Source of the DNA: Bacteroidetes bacterium 2013_40CM_41_45
GTDB taxonomy: Bacteria > Bacteroidota > Bacteroidia > AKYH767-A > 2013-40CM-41-45
Direction of reading: 5' to 3'
NCBI GenBank assembly: GCA_002215675.1
Contig: NGFH01000003.1
Coordinates: 80,957 to 144,956, forward strand
DNA: 64,000 nucleotides
Shown here piece by piece: positions 45,907-55,230 of the stretch (the stretch's first letter is position 1; each line of letters begins with the position of its first letter). The notes beneath the pieces were generated by a model, which saw nothing but the letters and a program-made list of their open reading frames with translations, was not told the origin of the DNA and did not search any database. A program made the position numbers and the translations under genes.

Positions 45907-46181
45907 AAAGTTATTTTCAAGAAATTATTGATGGTGAAATAGTTTGGCAAGAGGAATATAAAGGATATACTTTATATGTTATAAAAACAGATAGTTATGA
46001 TTATGTTTCTAGCTATTATACAGAAATTTATGGTGGTGGTTGGGGAAAAAATCAGGATGGTATTAAAAGCATTGAAAAGGCAAAAAGGATATGTTTTAAT
46101 ATGGCTGATTGGGATATTAAATTTCAATACAAATTAAAATTTGCTCGTGCGGCACATGATGCAATTATGGATGTCGAATAA
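45903..46181 (+). CDS. hypothetical protein
   Basis: 92 aa. Confidence 0.45.
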   Translation: MKSYFQEIIDGEIVWQEEYKGYTLYVIKTDSYDYVSSYYTEIYGGGWGKNQDGIKSIEKAKRICFNMADWDIKFQYKLKFARAAHDAIMDVE

Positions 46182-46182
46182 T

Positions 46183-46455
46183 ATGGGAAAAAGAATTTTT
46201 GATTTTAGTTTCAATGTATATGGTAAAATTGAAGTAGATGATGATGTAATTAATGTTGTAGATGATGCATGGCGTAAAGAATTATATGACCTAGAAACTC
46301 CAGAAGAAATAATTGAAATGATTGCACGTTGTATGTTACAAGGCGCGGATTTATCAAGTCTTGATGGATGGGCTAATCAACCAGATAAAAACGCAAGAAT
46401 TATTGATAAAAATTGGGAGTTGGATGAGATTAATGAATTAAATCCAGAAGATTAA
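46183..46455 (+). CDS. hypothetical protein
   Basis: Start re-set to MGKRIF. Confidence 0.4.
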   Translation: MGKRIFDFSFNVYGKIEVDDDVINVVDDAWRKELYDLETPEEIIEMIARCMLQGADLSSLDGWANQPDKNARIIDKNWELDEINELNPED

Positions 46456-46487
46456 TAAAATAAAAGAAAAATTTGAAAGGAATAAAT

Positions 46488-46658
46488 ATGAATCACTTGG
46501 ATATTTTTGGAATTTTTATAGCTGGTATTGGTTTTGGAATTGGAGTTTTTAATATAATTAATTCCTATATTTTAAATATAAAAAAGAATTTTTTACATGA
46601 ATTTTCATTGATTATTGTATGTGGTTTTGTTTTTGCTGTTGTTTTTATGTCAAATTAA
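46488..46658 (+). CDS. small membrane protein
   Basis: RBS AAAGGAA. Confidence 0.35.
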   Translation: MNHLDIFGIFIAGIGFGIGVFNIINSYILNIKKNFLHEFSLIIVCGFVFAVVFMSN

Positions 46659-46867
46659 TAAAACAATAGTTTTATAAAGGAAAAAAATATGGCAACAACT
46701 TTTGATAATAAAAATACAGAATCCCTAATATTAATGCTACAATATCTTGTTGAACTTTTGGATAATCAATTGCATGGCGGTAGTTTTAATATGGAAGAAA
46801 AAGAAGTTAAAATTTTAAGAAACAAAGTAATTGCAAGCATAGAAAATTTACAAGAATAATAACAAAA

Positions 46868-46895
46868 ACCGTCAAAATTTACCCCTTGACGGTTT
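46868..46895 (+). terminator. terminator hairpin (ACCGTCAA...TTGACGGT + T-rich tail) whose 3' arm is the -35 of the next promoter
   Basis: Seen directly. Confidence 0.45.
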
Positions 46896-46914
46896 ATTAT
46901 TTTAATGGTATAAT
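46886..46914 (+). promoter_or_regulatory. sigma70-type promoter TTGACG-N17-TGgTATAAT
   Basis: TTGACG at 46886-46891 and TATAAT at 46909-46914. Confidence 0.55.
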
Positions 46915-46935
46915 CAATGAAAATAAGGAGAGAAT

Positions 46936-48030
46936 ATGGAACTAGAATTACTTGCTTTTATCAAACATAATCCTGATTGGAAAACAATTCTTCAGGAAAA
47001 ACCATATGGAATAACTATCAAAGAAAAAAATGGTTATATTCTCTTTATGTACAGTCAAATTGAAAGTGATTTCAAATTATCTTTAGTACGTGAATGTCGT
47101 GGTTTGATTTTACGTGAAAAAGATTTAAAACCTGTTTGTATGGCTTTCAAAAAATTCGGAAATTATGGTGAAAGTTATGTTCCCGATATTGACTGGTCAA
47201 ATGTTAAAGTACAAGAAAAAGCTGACGGTTCGATAATTAAATTGTGGTTTGATAATAATGAATGGCATGTTTCTACAAATGGAACAATTGATGCATCTGA
47301 TGCTTCACTATCAGAAAATTCAATGTTAATAGATGGATGTATTTATAAAAATTATTCTGAATTATTTCATAGTGTTTTTCCACAAAATTTATATTATGAT
47401 GTTTTGAATATTGATTTATGCTATATCTTTGAATTAGTTTCAAATTTTAATAGAGTTGTGATTCCTTATAATGAAACAGCATTGTACCATATTGGCACTA
47501 GAAATATGAAAACCCTAGAAGAATTAGACATTGACATTGGAATTAAAAAACCAAAATTATATAATTTAACTTCATTAGAAGAAATTTTAGAAATAGTAAA
47601 AAAATTACCATTCAATGATGAAGGATATGTTATTTTAGACAAATTTTGGAATAGATTAAAAATAAAATCATTAGCATATATTTCTGCTCATCATTTAAAA
47701 AATAATGGTGTTGTTACAAAGAATCGTGTTCTTGATATGATTAGAACCGGCGAACAATCTGAGTTTCTTAATTATTATCCAGAATATCAAGAAATTTTTA
47801 ATGAAGTCCAAAATAAAATTAATAAACTTTTGGTATCCATTGAACATGATTATATTCTTTTCAAAAACAGAAAATTTGAAGATAGAAAAGAAATGGCATT
47901 ATGGGTAAATCAAACTGTTTGTCCGTCTGCTATATATAGTTTATATGATAAAAAAGTATCAGATGTAAATAGTTTTGTTTTCGGATTAACTAATGAGCGT
48001 TTATTGAAAATGATTGGAGAAAAAGAATGA
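46936..48030 (+). CDS. ATP-dependent RNA ligase, T4 Rnl1-like
   Basis: Motif I VQEKADGS (K at ~aa 95), motif IV DEGYVILDK, motif V RLKIKSLAY. 364 aa. Confidence 0.65.
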   Translation: MELELLAFIKHNPDWKTILQEKPYGITIKEKNGYILFMYSQIESDFKLSLVRECRGLILREKDLKPVCMAFKKFGNYGESYVPDIDWSNVKVQEKADGSIIKLWFDNNEWHVSTNGTIDASDASLSENSMLIDGCIYKNYSELFHSVFPQNLYYDVLNIDLCYIFELVSNFNRVVIPYNETALYHIGTRNMKTLEELDIDIGIKKPKLYNLTSLEEILEIVKKLPFNDEGYVILDKFWNRLKIKSLAYISAHHLKNNGVVTKNRVLDMIRTGEQSEFLNYYPEYQEIFNEVQNKINKLLVSIEHDYILFKNRKFEDRKEMALWVNQTVCPSAIYSLYDKKVSDVNSFVFGLTNERLLKMIGEKE

Positions 48031-48941
48031 CTGAACTAAGATTTCTTGTTGGAATTCCTGCAAGTGGAAAATCTACTTTTGCAAAAGAGATTTTAAAAGA
48101 TAATAATTATGTTCTTGTTTCATCGGATTCATATCGTGAAAAAATTTATGGTTCGGAAGAAATTCAAGGAAATAAAAATGAACTTTTTGAAATTATCAAT
48201 AAAGATATTATTCAATATCTTATGGATGGTAAATCTGTAATTTTTGATGCGACAAATATAGATTTAAAAAAGAGAATGGAATTAATAAAAAAAATAAATT
48301 CAAAAGTTTCAGATATTTATATAACAGCACAAGTTGTTGCAACCCAATATAAAATCTGCTTGGAAAACAACAGGAAACGGACACGTTTCGTCCCCGAATT
48401 CGTTATTAAGCGCATGTATGAAAATTTTACTTTTCCTCAAAATTTTGAAGGTATTCACAATGTCTTTATTCGGTATGATTATGATAAATATGATTATCGT
48501 CAAGAATGGCTTGAAGAACTAATGGATGATTTCAACCAAGATAATCCCCATCATAGTTCTACGCTTGGTCAGCACACACTTAAGGTTTTTGAAAATATTT
48601 TGACTGTTGCTCCCGATAATCATAGATTGCAATTGGCCGCTAAATTTCACGATATAGGAAAATTATATACAAAGACTTATAAAGATTCAAAAGGAAATCA
48701 GAAAGATTTTGCCAGTTATTATAATCATGAGCAAGTTTCGACATATGAATCTATGTTTTATCTTAAAGAAAAAAATATTCAAAATTTTGATATGTTCTAT
48801 ATTCTTGGATTGATTCAATTTCATATGAGGTTATATGGAATCAATTCTGATAAAAGCAGAGATAAACTTATAAATCTCATTGGTAGACAAATGTATGAAG
48901 ATTTAATTTTATTAAATGATGCAGATAAAAATGGAAAATAA
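48027..48941 (+). CDS. P-loop polynucleotide kinase fused to HD-domain phosphohydrolase (RNA end-healing enzyme)
   Basis: Walker A GIPASGKST. HD motifs HHSSTLGQH...KFHDIGK. 4-nt overlap with the ligase gene. Confidence 0.65.
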   Translation: MTELRFLVGIPASGKSTFAKEILKDNNYVLVSSDSYREKIYGSEEIQGNKNELFEIINKDIIQYLMDGKSVIFDATNIDLKKRMELIKKINSKVSDIYITAQVVATQYKICLENNRKRTRFVPEFVIKRMYENFTFPQNFEGIHNVFIRYDYDKYDYRQEWLEELMDDFNQDNPHHSSTLGQHTLKVFENILTVAPDNHRLQLAAKFHDIGKLYTKTYKDSKGNQKDFASYYNHEQVSTYESMFYLKEKNIQNFDMFYILGLIQFHMRLYGINSDKSRDKLINLIGRQMYEDLILLNDADKNGK

Positions 48942-50061
48942 TATAGAAAAAATAATAAAATTTTTAAATATAAAAAATTATATTTTCATTGATAATTACC
49001 ATAAAAATAATCAAATAAGAGTTATTATCCAAGACAAACTTGGCTATAAATATGATGTTCAATTTGGAAATTTAAGTGTTCAAAAGCCAAAAATTGTCCA
49101 TAAATTCAATCCCTTTAGTTTAGAAAATATAGGAATATGGATAAAGATAAATAAAAAGAATTTTTTATTATTGAAAAATAATATTTATCTAAATGCCAAT
49201 GAAAAGTTAAGATTTAAATGTTTGGATAATAAATGTAAAGAAATTTTTTTCGCAAGTTGGCATTCAATTTTTAGTGGTAGAGGATGCACATTTTGTTCTG
49301 GTTTTGAAGTTGGCAGACATAATAATTTAGAATATTTATTTCCTGAAATTGCAAAAGAATGGGATAAATCAAATTTTATAAAAGCATTTGAAATTACCTG
49401 TGGTTCAACAGAAAATATTTTATGGAAATGTAAAAAATGTGGTTATAAGTGGAATGCTTCTCCGAATCAAAGAACTTATTATAAAACGGGTTGTCCTTCT
49501 TGTTCTGGATTAATTGTTTCGGATAGTAATAGATTGTCTATTTTATTTCCAGAAATATCAAAGGAATGGCATCCAATAAAAAATGGGAATTTGACTCCAA
49601 ATGATATTAGTTATGGAAGCAATAAGAAATTTTGGTGGCTATGCCCAAAAGGACATGAATATTATTCTGCTGTTAATAATAGAATAAATGGAAGGAATTG
49701 TAAAAAATGCAAAATTAAAAAAGGTGAAAAAGAAATTATTAAAATTCTTGATATTTATAATGTAAAATATAAATTTCAATGTAATGATTTTAAAGATTGC
49801 AGAGACAAAATTGTTTTATATTTTGATTTTTATTTACCTGACTATAATATTTGTATTGAATATCAGGGAATTCAACATTATGAACCAATTGATTTTGCTG
49901 GTCGCGGTAAGAAATGGGCAAAAGAAGAATTTAAGAAAAATAAAAGAAGAGATAAAATCAAGATAAAATATTGTCAGAAAAATAATATTAAATTGATTAT
50001 TATACCTTATTGGAATTTTGATGAAATTGAAAATATTTTAAAAAGGAATTTGAAAATATGA
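48931..50061 (+). CDS. Zn-ribbon-repeat (DUF4379-like) protein with C-terminal nuclease-like module
   Basis: Repeats LFPEIAKEW...CPSCSG and LFPEISKEWHP...W.CPKGHEY. C-terminus is FDFYLPDYNICIEYQGIQHYEP. The start is uncertain (48916 or 48931). Confidence 0.6.
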   Translation: MENNIEKIIKFLNIKNYIFIDNYHKNNQIRVIIQDKLGYKYDVQFGNLSVQKPKIVHKFNPFSLENIGIWIKINKKNFLLLKNNIYLNANEKLRFKCLDNKCKEIFFASWHSIFSGRGCTFCSGFEVGRHNNLEYLFPEIAKEWDKSNFIKAFEITCGSTENILWKCKKCGYKWNASPNQRTYYKTGCPSCSGLIVSDSNRLSILFPEISKEWHPIKNGNLTPNDISYGSNKKFWWLCPKGHEYYSAVNNRINGRNCKKCKIKKGEKEIIKILDIYNVKYKFQCNDFKDCRDKIVLYFDFYLPDYNICIEYQGIQHYEPIDFAGRGKKWAKEEFKKNKRRDKIKIKYCQKNNIKLIIIPYWNFDEIENILKRNLKI

Positions 50062-50222
50062 ATGTTTATCATGTCAAAATAAATATAATCATATTAATAA
50101 TGTGTACAATTCTAGTCTTTTTTGTTGACAATCTATATCATAAACATTATTTAGATTGTGCATATAACTTAATGGGTGTTTTGGGATTACTTATAATGTA
50201 TAATCTAACAAAAGGAAAATAA

Positions 50223-50447
50223 ATGGAGGTAGCAATGAATAGAGAAACTGTTAAATTTCACTTGGAAAATATTAGAAATAATAAAAGTAAAGATGGTCAC
50301 ATTCAAGATTTAAAATTAGAGATTAGTTCATTGCGAATTATGGCCTTTAAATATAAAGGAAGTGGTTTGGCTAAGGTTGCAGAAAAAAGAGCAAACGATA
50401 TTGAAAAGGAATTAACATTAGCTATTTTGGACGCAAAAAGAAAATGA
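50223..50447 (+). CDS. hypothetical protein
   Basis: RBS AAAGGAAAA. Confidence 0.45.
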   Translation: MEVAMNRETVKFHLENIRNNKSKDGHIQDLKLEISSLRIMAFKYKGSGLAKVAEKRANDIEKELTLAILDAKRK

Positions 50448-50965
50448 ATTATAATCCAAAAAATCAAGGTGGTCTTGATAGTTTATGTTCAGTATATAGT
50501 ATTATCAATGCTTATGGAATAACGATGAATGCCACCGATAATGAACAACAAAAATTATTTAATGATATTATTGCATATCTTTCTAAAAAAAGAATTTTGA
50601 AAGACGTAATTATTGGTGGTGTTTATCATAAGCATATGGTAATGATGTTGGAAGATGTTGTTGGAGATAGAATACCAGTAAAAAATCTAATATGGAAAAG
50701 TTTTCCAACACCAACAAAAAGAATTTTCTGGAATTCAATTGTAGAACATTTATCAAATGAAAATAATGCTGTAATTTTAAGTATGGGTGGTAGGCGTGAC
50801 CATCTATCATCAGCATATCAAGCAACAGATAAATCAATAAAATTATTGGATTCTAATGGAATGAAATCAATTAGATATAAAGATTCAACTACTGATACAA
50901 GTGTTCACACAATAAAAAAATTCATGCTTTATCCAAGTCAATGTTGGTTTTTATCTAAGGAATAA
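50444..50965 (+). CDS. hypothetical protein with candidate Cys...His peptidase-like arrangement (DSLCSVYS ... GGVYHKH)
   Basis: 173 aa. The functional call is speculative. Confidence 0.4.
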   Translation: MNYNPKNQGGLDSLCSVYSIINAYGITMNATDNEQQKLFNDIIAYLSKKRILKDVIIGGVYHKHMVMMLEDVVGDRIPVKNLIWKSFPTPTKRIFWNSIVEHLSNENNAVILSMGGRRDHLSSAYQATDKSIKLLDSNGMKSIRYKDSTTDTSVHTIKKFMLYPSQCWFLSKE

Positions 50966-50966
50966 A

Positions 50967-51857
50967 ATGAAAAATTTAAAAATAATTTTTGAAACTAAAG
51001 CAGGTTCACATCTTTATGGAACAAACACTATATCTAGCGATATGGATTATCGTGGTGTTGGCGTTGTTCCAATTAAAGATATGCTTGACCCCTTCCAAGA
51101 ATTCAATCAATTTGAAGATAATGAATCTGATGATAGAATTATTTATGGATTGAAAAAATTTATGAAATTGGCAAGCGATATGAACCCCAATGTTTGTGAA
51201 TTGTTATATGCAAACGAAAATTCTATTATTAAATTAACAAAACAAGGTAAAATTCTTTTAGATAATAGAAACTTATTTCTATCACAACTTGCACGAAAAA
51301 CATTTTTTGGATATGCAGTTGCACAATTGAAAAGAATTGAATTACATAAGAATTATCTTTTAAATCCTCCAAAAAATAAACCTAATCGTGAAGATTATGG
51401 TTTGCCAGCTATGCCAAATTTTGGATTGGAAAAAATTGTCAACATGATTCATTCTCCACAAGAAACTATTGCACCTGAATGGCGTGAATATGCATTAAAA
51501 GAAAAATCATATCGTGATGCTTCAGACAATTATCAAAAATATGAACAGTGGAAAAATAATAGAAATCCAAAACGTGCATTACTAGAAGAAAAATGGGGGT
51601 ATGATTTAAAGCATTCTAATCATTTATATAGACTTTTGACTGAAGGAAGAGAATTATTAGAAACAGGAAATATTGTATTTCCTTTAAGAAATGTTGATAA
51701 ATTAAAATTTATTTTAAATGGTGGTATGACTTACAATGATTTGATGGAAGAAGTAAATGAATTAAATAAACTTTTTGAAAATTGTAAATCTAATTTACCA
51801 AATAAACCAAATATCAATAAATTAAAAGAATTATATTATAAAATTCTAGGAATATAA
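50967..51857 (+). CDS. predicted nucleotidyltransferase (Pol-beta superfamily, GS-x10-DMD)
   Basis: AGSHLYGTNTISSDMDYRGVGV. 296 aa. Confidence 0.55.
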   Translation: MKNLKIIFETKAGSHLYGTNTISSDMDYRGVGVVPIKDMLDPFQEFNQFEDNESDDRIIYGLKKFMKLASDMNPNVCELLYANENSIIKLTKQGKILLDNRNLFLSQLARKTFFGYAVAQLKRIELHKNYLLNPPKNKPNREDYGLPAMPNFGLEKIVNMIHSPQETIAPEWREYALKEKSYRDASDNYQKYEQWKNNRNPKRALLEEKWGYDLKHSNHLYRLLTEGRELLETGNIVFPLRNVDKLKFILNGGMTYNDLMEEVNELNKLFENCKSNLPNKPNINKLKELYYKILGI

Positions 51858-51858
51858 A

Positions 51859-52098
51859 ATGGAAAGAGAAAAAACAAAATTTGTTATACAGGTTAATGGT
51901 TATGGCACATTTGAATTTATTGGCAATCTTGAACAAGCAAAATCTTTGCGTGAAAATAAAGCAAGATGGGAAAAGGCAGTTGCTCATTTGTGGGATGCTC
52001 TTCAAGAATGCCAAAAATGTAATCACTTAAACTGGTGGCAATCATCAAAATGTGATTTTTGTGATGCAGAAATGGGCGACCCAATTTTAATTTGGTAA
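51859..52098 (+). CDS. hypothetical protein (C-terminal CxxC...CxxC)
   Basis: 79 aa. Confidence 0.45.
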   Translation: MEREKTKFVIQVNGYGTFEFIGNLEQAKSLRENKARWEKAVAHLWDALQECQKCNHLNWWQSSKCDFCDAEMGDPILIW

Positions 52099-52131
52099 TT
52101 CATAAAACATAATTTTATTTAGGAATATAAA

Positions 52132-52602
52132 ATGGAAAAATCTACAAAAACTATTGATGTTTATAAAACAAAAACCGTGAAAAAGAAAACGGGAGAAAAA
52201 CAAGTTGAAATTTTTACAGCCAGAGATGGTCGTGAATTTACAACAGAATCAGGTTGTCTAAAACATGAAACAGAATTAAATAGAATTGATAAATTTAATT
52301 CTATTAAAAAGATACAGGACGGTAGCACTTATAGATTTCCTGAAACATGGTATTTTATATCAGATGAAGAAGAACTTGAAATGATTAAAAATATGGTTGG
52401 TTTTTATGATAATTATAATTATGTTCATATTAATGATGAAGATAAAAATAAAGATAGTGATATATTAAAAATTGGTGATTGGATTGGTTCATATAATTTT
52501 GATGGTGGAGATTATAGAGGAGATGTATATATTTATACTTTAGAATATCTTTCAAAAAAATTTATGAAAATATTAAAAGAAGCAAAATTGATGAAAGTAT
52601 AA
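52132..52602 (+). CDS. hypothetical protein
   Basis: 156 aa. Confidence 0.5.
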   Translation: MEKSTKTIDVYKTKTVKKKTGEKQVEIFTARDGREFTTESGCLKHETELNRIDKFNSIKKIQDGSTYRFPETWYFISDEEELEMIKNMVGFYDNYNYVHINDEDKNKDSDILKIGDWIGSYNFDGGDYRGDVYIYTLEYLSKKFMKILKEAKLMKV

Positions 52603-52623
52603 TTTTATCAACTAGGAGAAAAA

Positions 52624-52830
52624 ATGAAGGAAATATTTATAATAGATAGTTCAAATAATACTGAAGTTGTTGGTATCAATGTCAATGATATTAAAGAAGT
52701 TTCATTAATGATTGATATGTTTATTGGTCATGGTTTTGAATATAATAATTTATCTTATGAATATAGCCATACTATTATGAAAAATTATGGTTGTGATATT
52801 TATGTTACAAAAAAAAGAAAAAGAGAATAG
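52624..52830 (+). CDS. hypothetical protein
   Basis: RBS AGGAGAAAAA. Confidence 0.45.
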   Translation: MKEIFIIDSSNNTEVVGINVNDIKEVSLMIDMFIGHGFEYNNLSYEYSHTIMKNYGCDIYVTKKRKRE

Positions 52831-52831
52831 A

Positions 52832-53311
52832 ATGAATTTAGAATTACGAATGTATTTTTTCGTCCCTTACAATATTTCAGAAATTCAAAAAGGAATACAG
52901 GCTGGTCATGCGGCTTTAGAATATGCTTATAAATATGGTCAAACAGAATTATATCAGGATTTCATTAAAAATCATAAAACTTTTATTATCTTGAATGGTG
53001 GAACAACAAGAGATATAATTAATGATGAAGATGATGGTGGAACACTTCAATCCATTCAAAGATTGCTTGGCATCAATAAAATTGAACATTCATCTTTTAA
53101 AGAACCTGATTTAAATTATGCTACTACAGCACTTTGTTTTATCGCAGATGAAAGAGTTTTTAATAAAGAAAAATATCCTGATTGGATTCCCGGAGAAAAA
53201 TGGATTAATATAGATATGCATATTTGGAATTATGATGAATGGATTAATTTTATTGGTGGAGAAAAAAATCTTTTTCTTAGAGAATTGTTGAAAGATAAAA
53301 GGTTGGCCTAA
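52832..53311 (+). CDS. Pth2-like peptidyl-tRNA hydrolase candidate
   Basis: QKGIQAGHAALEYAY resembles the Pth2 signature (K-G-K-I-A-A-Q-C-x-H-A). Confidence 0.35.
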   Translation: MNLELRMYFFVPYNISEIQKGIQAGHAALEYAYKYGQTELYQDFIKNHKTFIILNGGTTRDIINDEDDGGTLQSIQRLLGINKIEHSSFKEPDLNYATTALCFIADERVFNKEKYPDWIPGEKWINIDMHIWNYDEWINFIGGEKNLFLRELLKDKRLA

Positions 53312-53604
53312 TGAAAATATTTGATGGATTATTTTTAACAAATATGATTGGTTTTCAAGGTGAAAATATTTTTGAAATAAAAACAAAAGATAAACATTAT
53401 CTTATTGTTTATACAAATAATTGGGACAAACTTATAAAAGATGGTCATATTGAATTCGATGATTATCCCACATCTTTACTTGGTTTTCCGGTAAATACTT
53501 TCCAATTATACACTGGAATTCCAGTTATTGAAAATGATGAATTGTTATTGGAAATATTAAAAGAAATATTCCCAATTAAACCAGTGGAATTCAGATATGC
53601 TTAG
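53311..53604 (+). CDS. hypothetical protein
   Basis: 97 aa. Confidence 0.45.
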   Translation: MKIFDGLFLTNMIGFQGENIFEIKTKDKHYLIVYTNNWDKLIKDGHIEFDDYPTSLLGFPVNTFQLYTGIPVIENDELLLEILKEIFPIKPVEFRYA

Positions 53605-53839
53605 AATAAAAATTGAATTAATTCCTTTTGGTATTTTGCCTGTAAAAAATAGTTGGAATGCTGAAATATGGAATGATGCAACAGGTGATAGGTCTATTGG
53701 AAATTATCAATTTAAAATATTTAGAAAAAATTCAAATTCAACCATTTGGAAAGGCGGAGAAATAAAGAATTTTCAAAGACTCCGATGGAATGTCTGGTAT
53801 TTATTATATCTCTGTTTAAAAAATGTTTACGATGATTAG
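53597..53839 (+). CDS. hypothetical protein
   Basis: 80 aa. Confidence 0.4.
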   Translation: MLRIKIELIPFGILPVKNSWNAEIWNDATGDRSIGNYQFKIFRKNSNSTIWKGGEIKNFQRLRWNVWYLLYLCLKNVYDD

Positions 53840-53850
53840 GAGTAATTTAA

Positions 53851-54087
53851 ATGAAAATTAAATTCAATATAGAATGTGAAATGGAAACAAGATGGATTCC
53901 ATATTTTTTAGCAATGCTTGCTCATATGGAATTTTTAGGAAAAATTGGTTCAAGTAAACTTGTTACATTATATTCAGATGGTGATGGTGATTTTAGACCA
54001 TCATTTATTTGGGATACTAATTTGCCAGAACCAACTCTCAATTACGAAGTTGATGAACATGGTAATACAATTTTTGATGCAGGTTAA
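53851..54087 (+). CDS. hypothetical protein
   Basis: RBS AGGAG. Confidence 0.45.
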   Translation: MKIKFNIECEMETRWIPYFLAMLAHMEFLGKIGSSKLVTLYSDGDGDFRPSFIWDTNLPEPTLNYEVDEHGNTIFDAG

Positions 54088-54106
54088 AAATTTATAAAGG
54101 ATAATC

Positions 54107-54511
54107 ATGTGGCAAATAAAACAAAAAATATTTGAAAAAGGTCGTGGCGATTGTGTTAAATGTTGTATCTGTTCTTTATTTGAACTAGATTATGATATTG
54201 TTCCAAATTTTATAGAAGAAGAAAATAATGATTGGTTATTGGGATTATATAAATTTCTCGAACCTTATAACCTAGAACCAATTTATATAAAATATCCACA
54301 TCCTCTTTATCAAGGAATTGATTATATTGCAACAGGTAAAAGTCCTCGTTCTAATAATAATTATAAAACAAATCATGCAGTTATTTATCATGCAAGAAAT
54401 ATGATTTTTGACCCACATCCTGATAATTTAGGAATTGGAATTTTTGAAAATATTATATTGTTTCATCCAATTTCATTAAATAAATCTTTGAGGAATATAA
54501 ATGAAAAATAA
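54107..54511 (+). CDS. hypothetical protein (Cys...His arrangement)
   Basis: 134 aa. Preceded by TTTATAAAGGA. Confidence 0.45.
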   Translation: MWQIKQKIFEKGRGDCVKCCICSLFELDYDIVPNFIEEENNDWLLGLYKFLEPYNLEPIYIKYPHPLYQGIDYIATGKSPRSNNNYKTNHAVIYHARNMIFDPHPDNLGIGIFENIILFHPISLNKSLRNINEK

Positions 54512-54812
54512 AAAGAAAGAAATATATTTAATAGTAATATTATCACCATTTGGACTTAGACAGGTCACATTTAAATTGGTGGATGAAAAGCCAGAACCAT
54601 TTCATTATACAAAAGGAGAGGGCAGTTGTATGATTTTTAAATTAGTTGATGGAGATTTTTCAACAAATTTTAATAAAGCCATCGAAAATGGAACAATTAT
54701 GAATGAGTTTGGTAATTTTTCAATTGATACCGATTTGTCAAATATTCCTGAAAAGAAAAAGAAATTTGATAAAGAAGTTGAAAAAATGAAAAAAGAAAAT
54801 AAATGGAGTTAA
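54501..54812 (+). CDS. hypothetical protein
   Basis: 103 aa. Confidence 0.45.
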   Translation: MKNKKKEIYLIVILSPFGLRQVTFKLVDEKPEPFHYTKGEGSCMIFKLVDGDFSTNFNKAIENGTIMNEFGNFSIDTDLSNIPEKKKKFDKEVEKMKKENKWS

Positions 54813-54814
54813 TA

Positions 54815-55009
54815 ATGCAAATATCATTAAGAAATTTATATTTTATTATCAAAGAACAATATATTCATGATGGATTAACGGGATTTCCAGATATGGCATT
54901 TACATCCATAACCGAAGCGATGAGAGCATGTCCTAGAGATTGTAAAGTTATGAATTATGAACAAATTTTATTAGAAATATCTCGAAATATAAAGGAAATT
55001 GAAAAATGA
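54815..55009 (+). CDS. hypothetical protein
   Basis: RBS TGGAGT. Confidence 0.4.
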   Translation: MQISLRNLYFIIKEQYIHDGLTGFPDMAFTSITEAMRACPRDCKVMNYEQILLEISRNIKEIEK

Positions 55010-55230
55010 ATAAATATTTTAATAGAATTAAATGTTTAACTTTTCACAGAAAGTATCATCTTAGTAGTTTTCCAATGGAGTTCTCTCTTTTACAAGAAAA
55101 AGATTGTTTAAAATGTGGCTTACATTGGGATGACCAAATGGGAAAATTGACCTATTATGAAACAGATGACTATGATGGTATTCCTGTTCAGTATTCAATA
55201 ATATTGAAACAAATTAGAGGAAAAATATAA
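55006..55230 (+). CDS. hypothetical protein
   Basis: 74 aa. Confidence 0.4.
   Translation: MNKYFNRIKCLTFHRKYHLSSFPMEFSLLQEKDCLKCGLHWDDQMGKLTYYETDDYDGIPVQYSIILKQIRGKI

Noticed and set aside
46689-46808. Small ORF after the TTTTATAAAGGA element at 46669
   Set aside because: Careful frame counting gives only 39 codons ending at an internal TAA (46806-46808). It may be a real micro-ORF, but it is too short to support.
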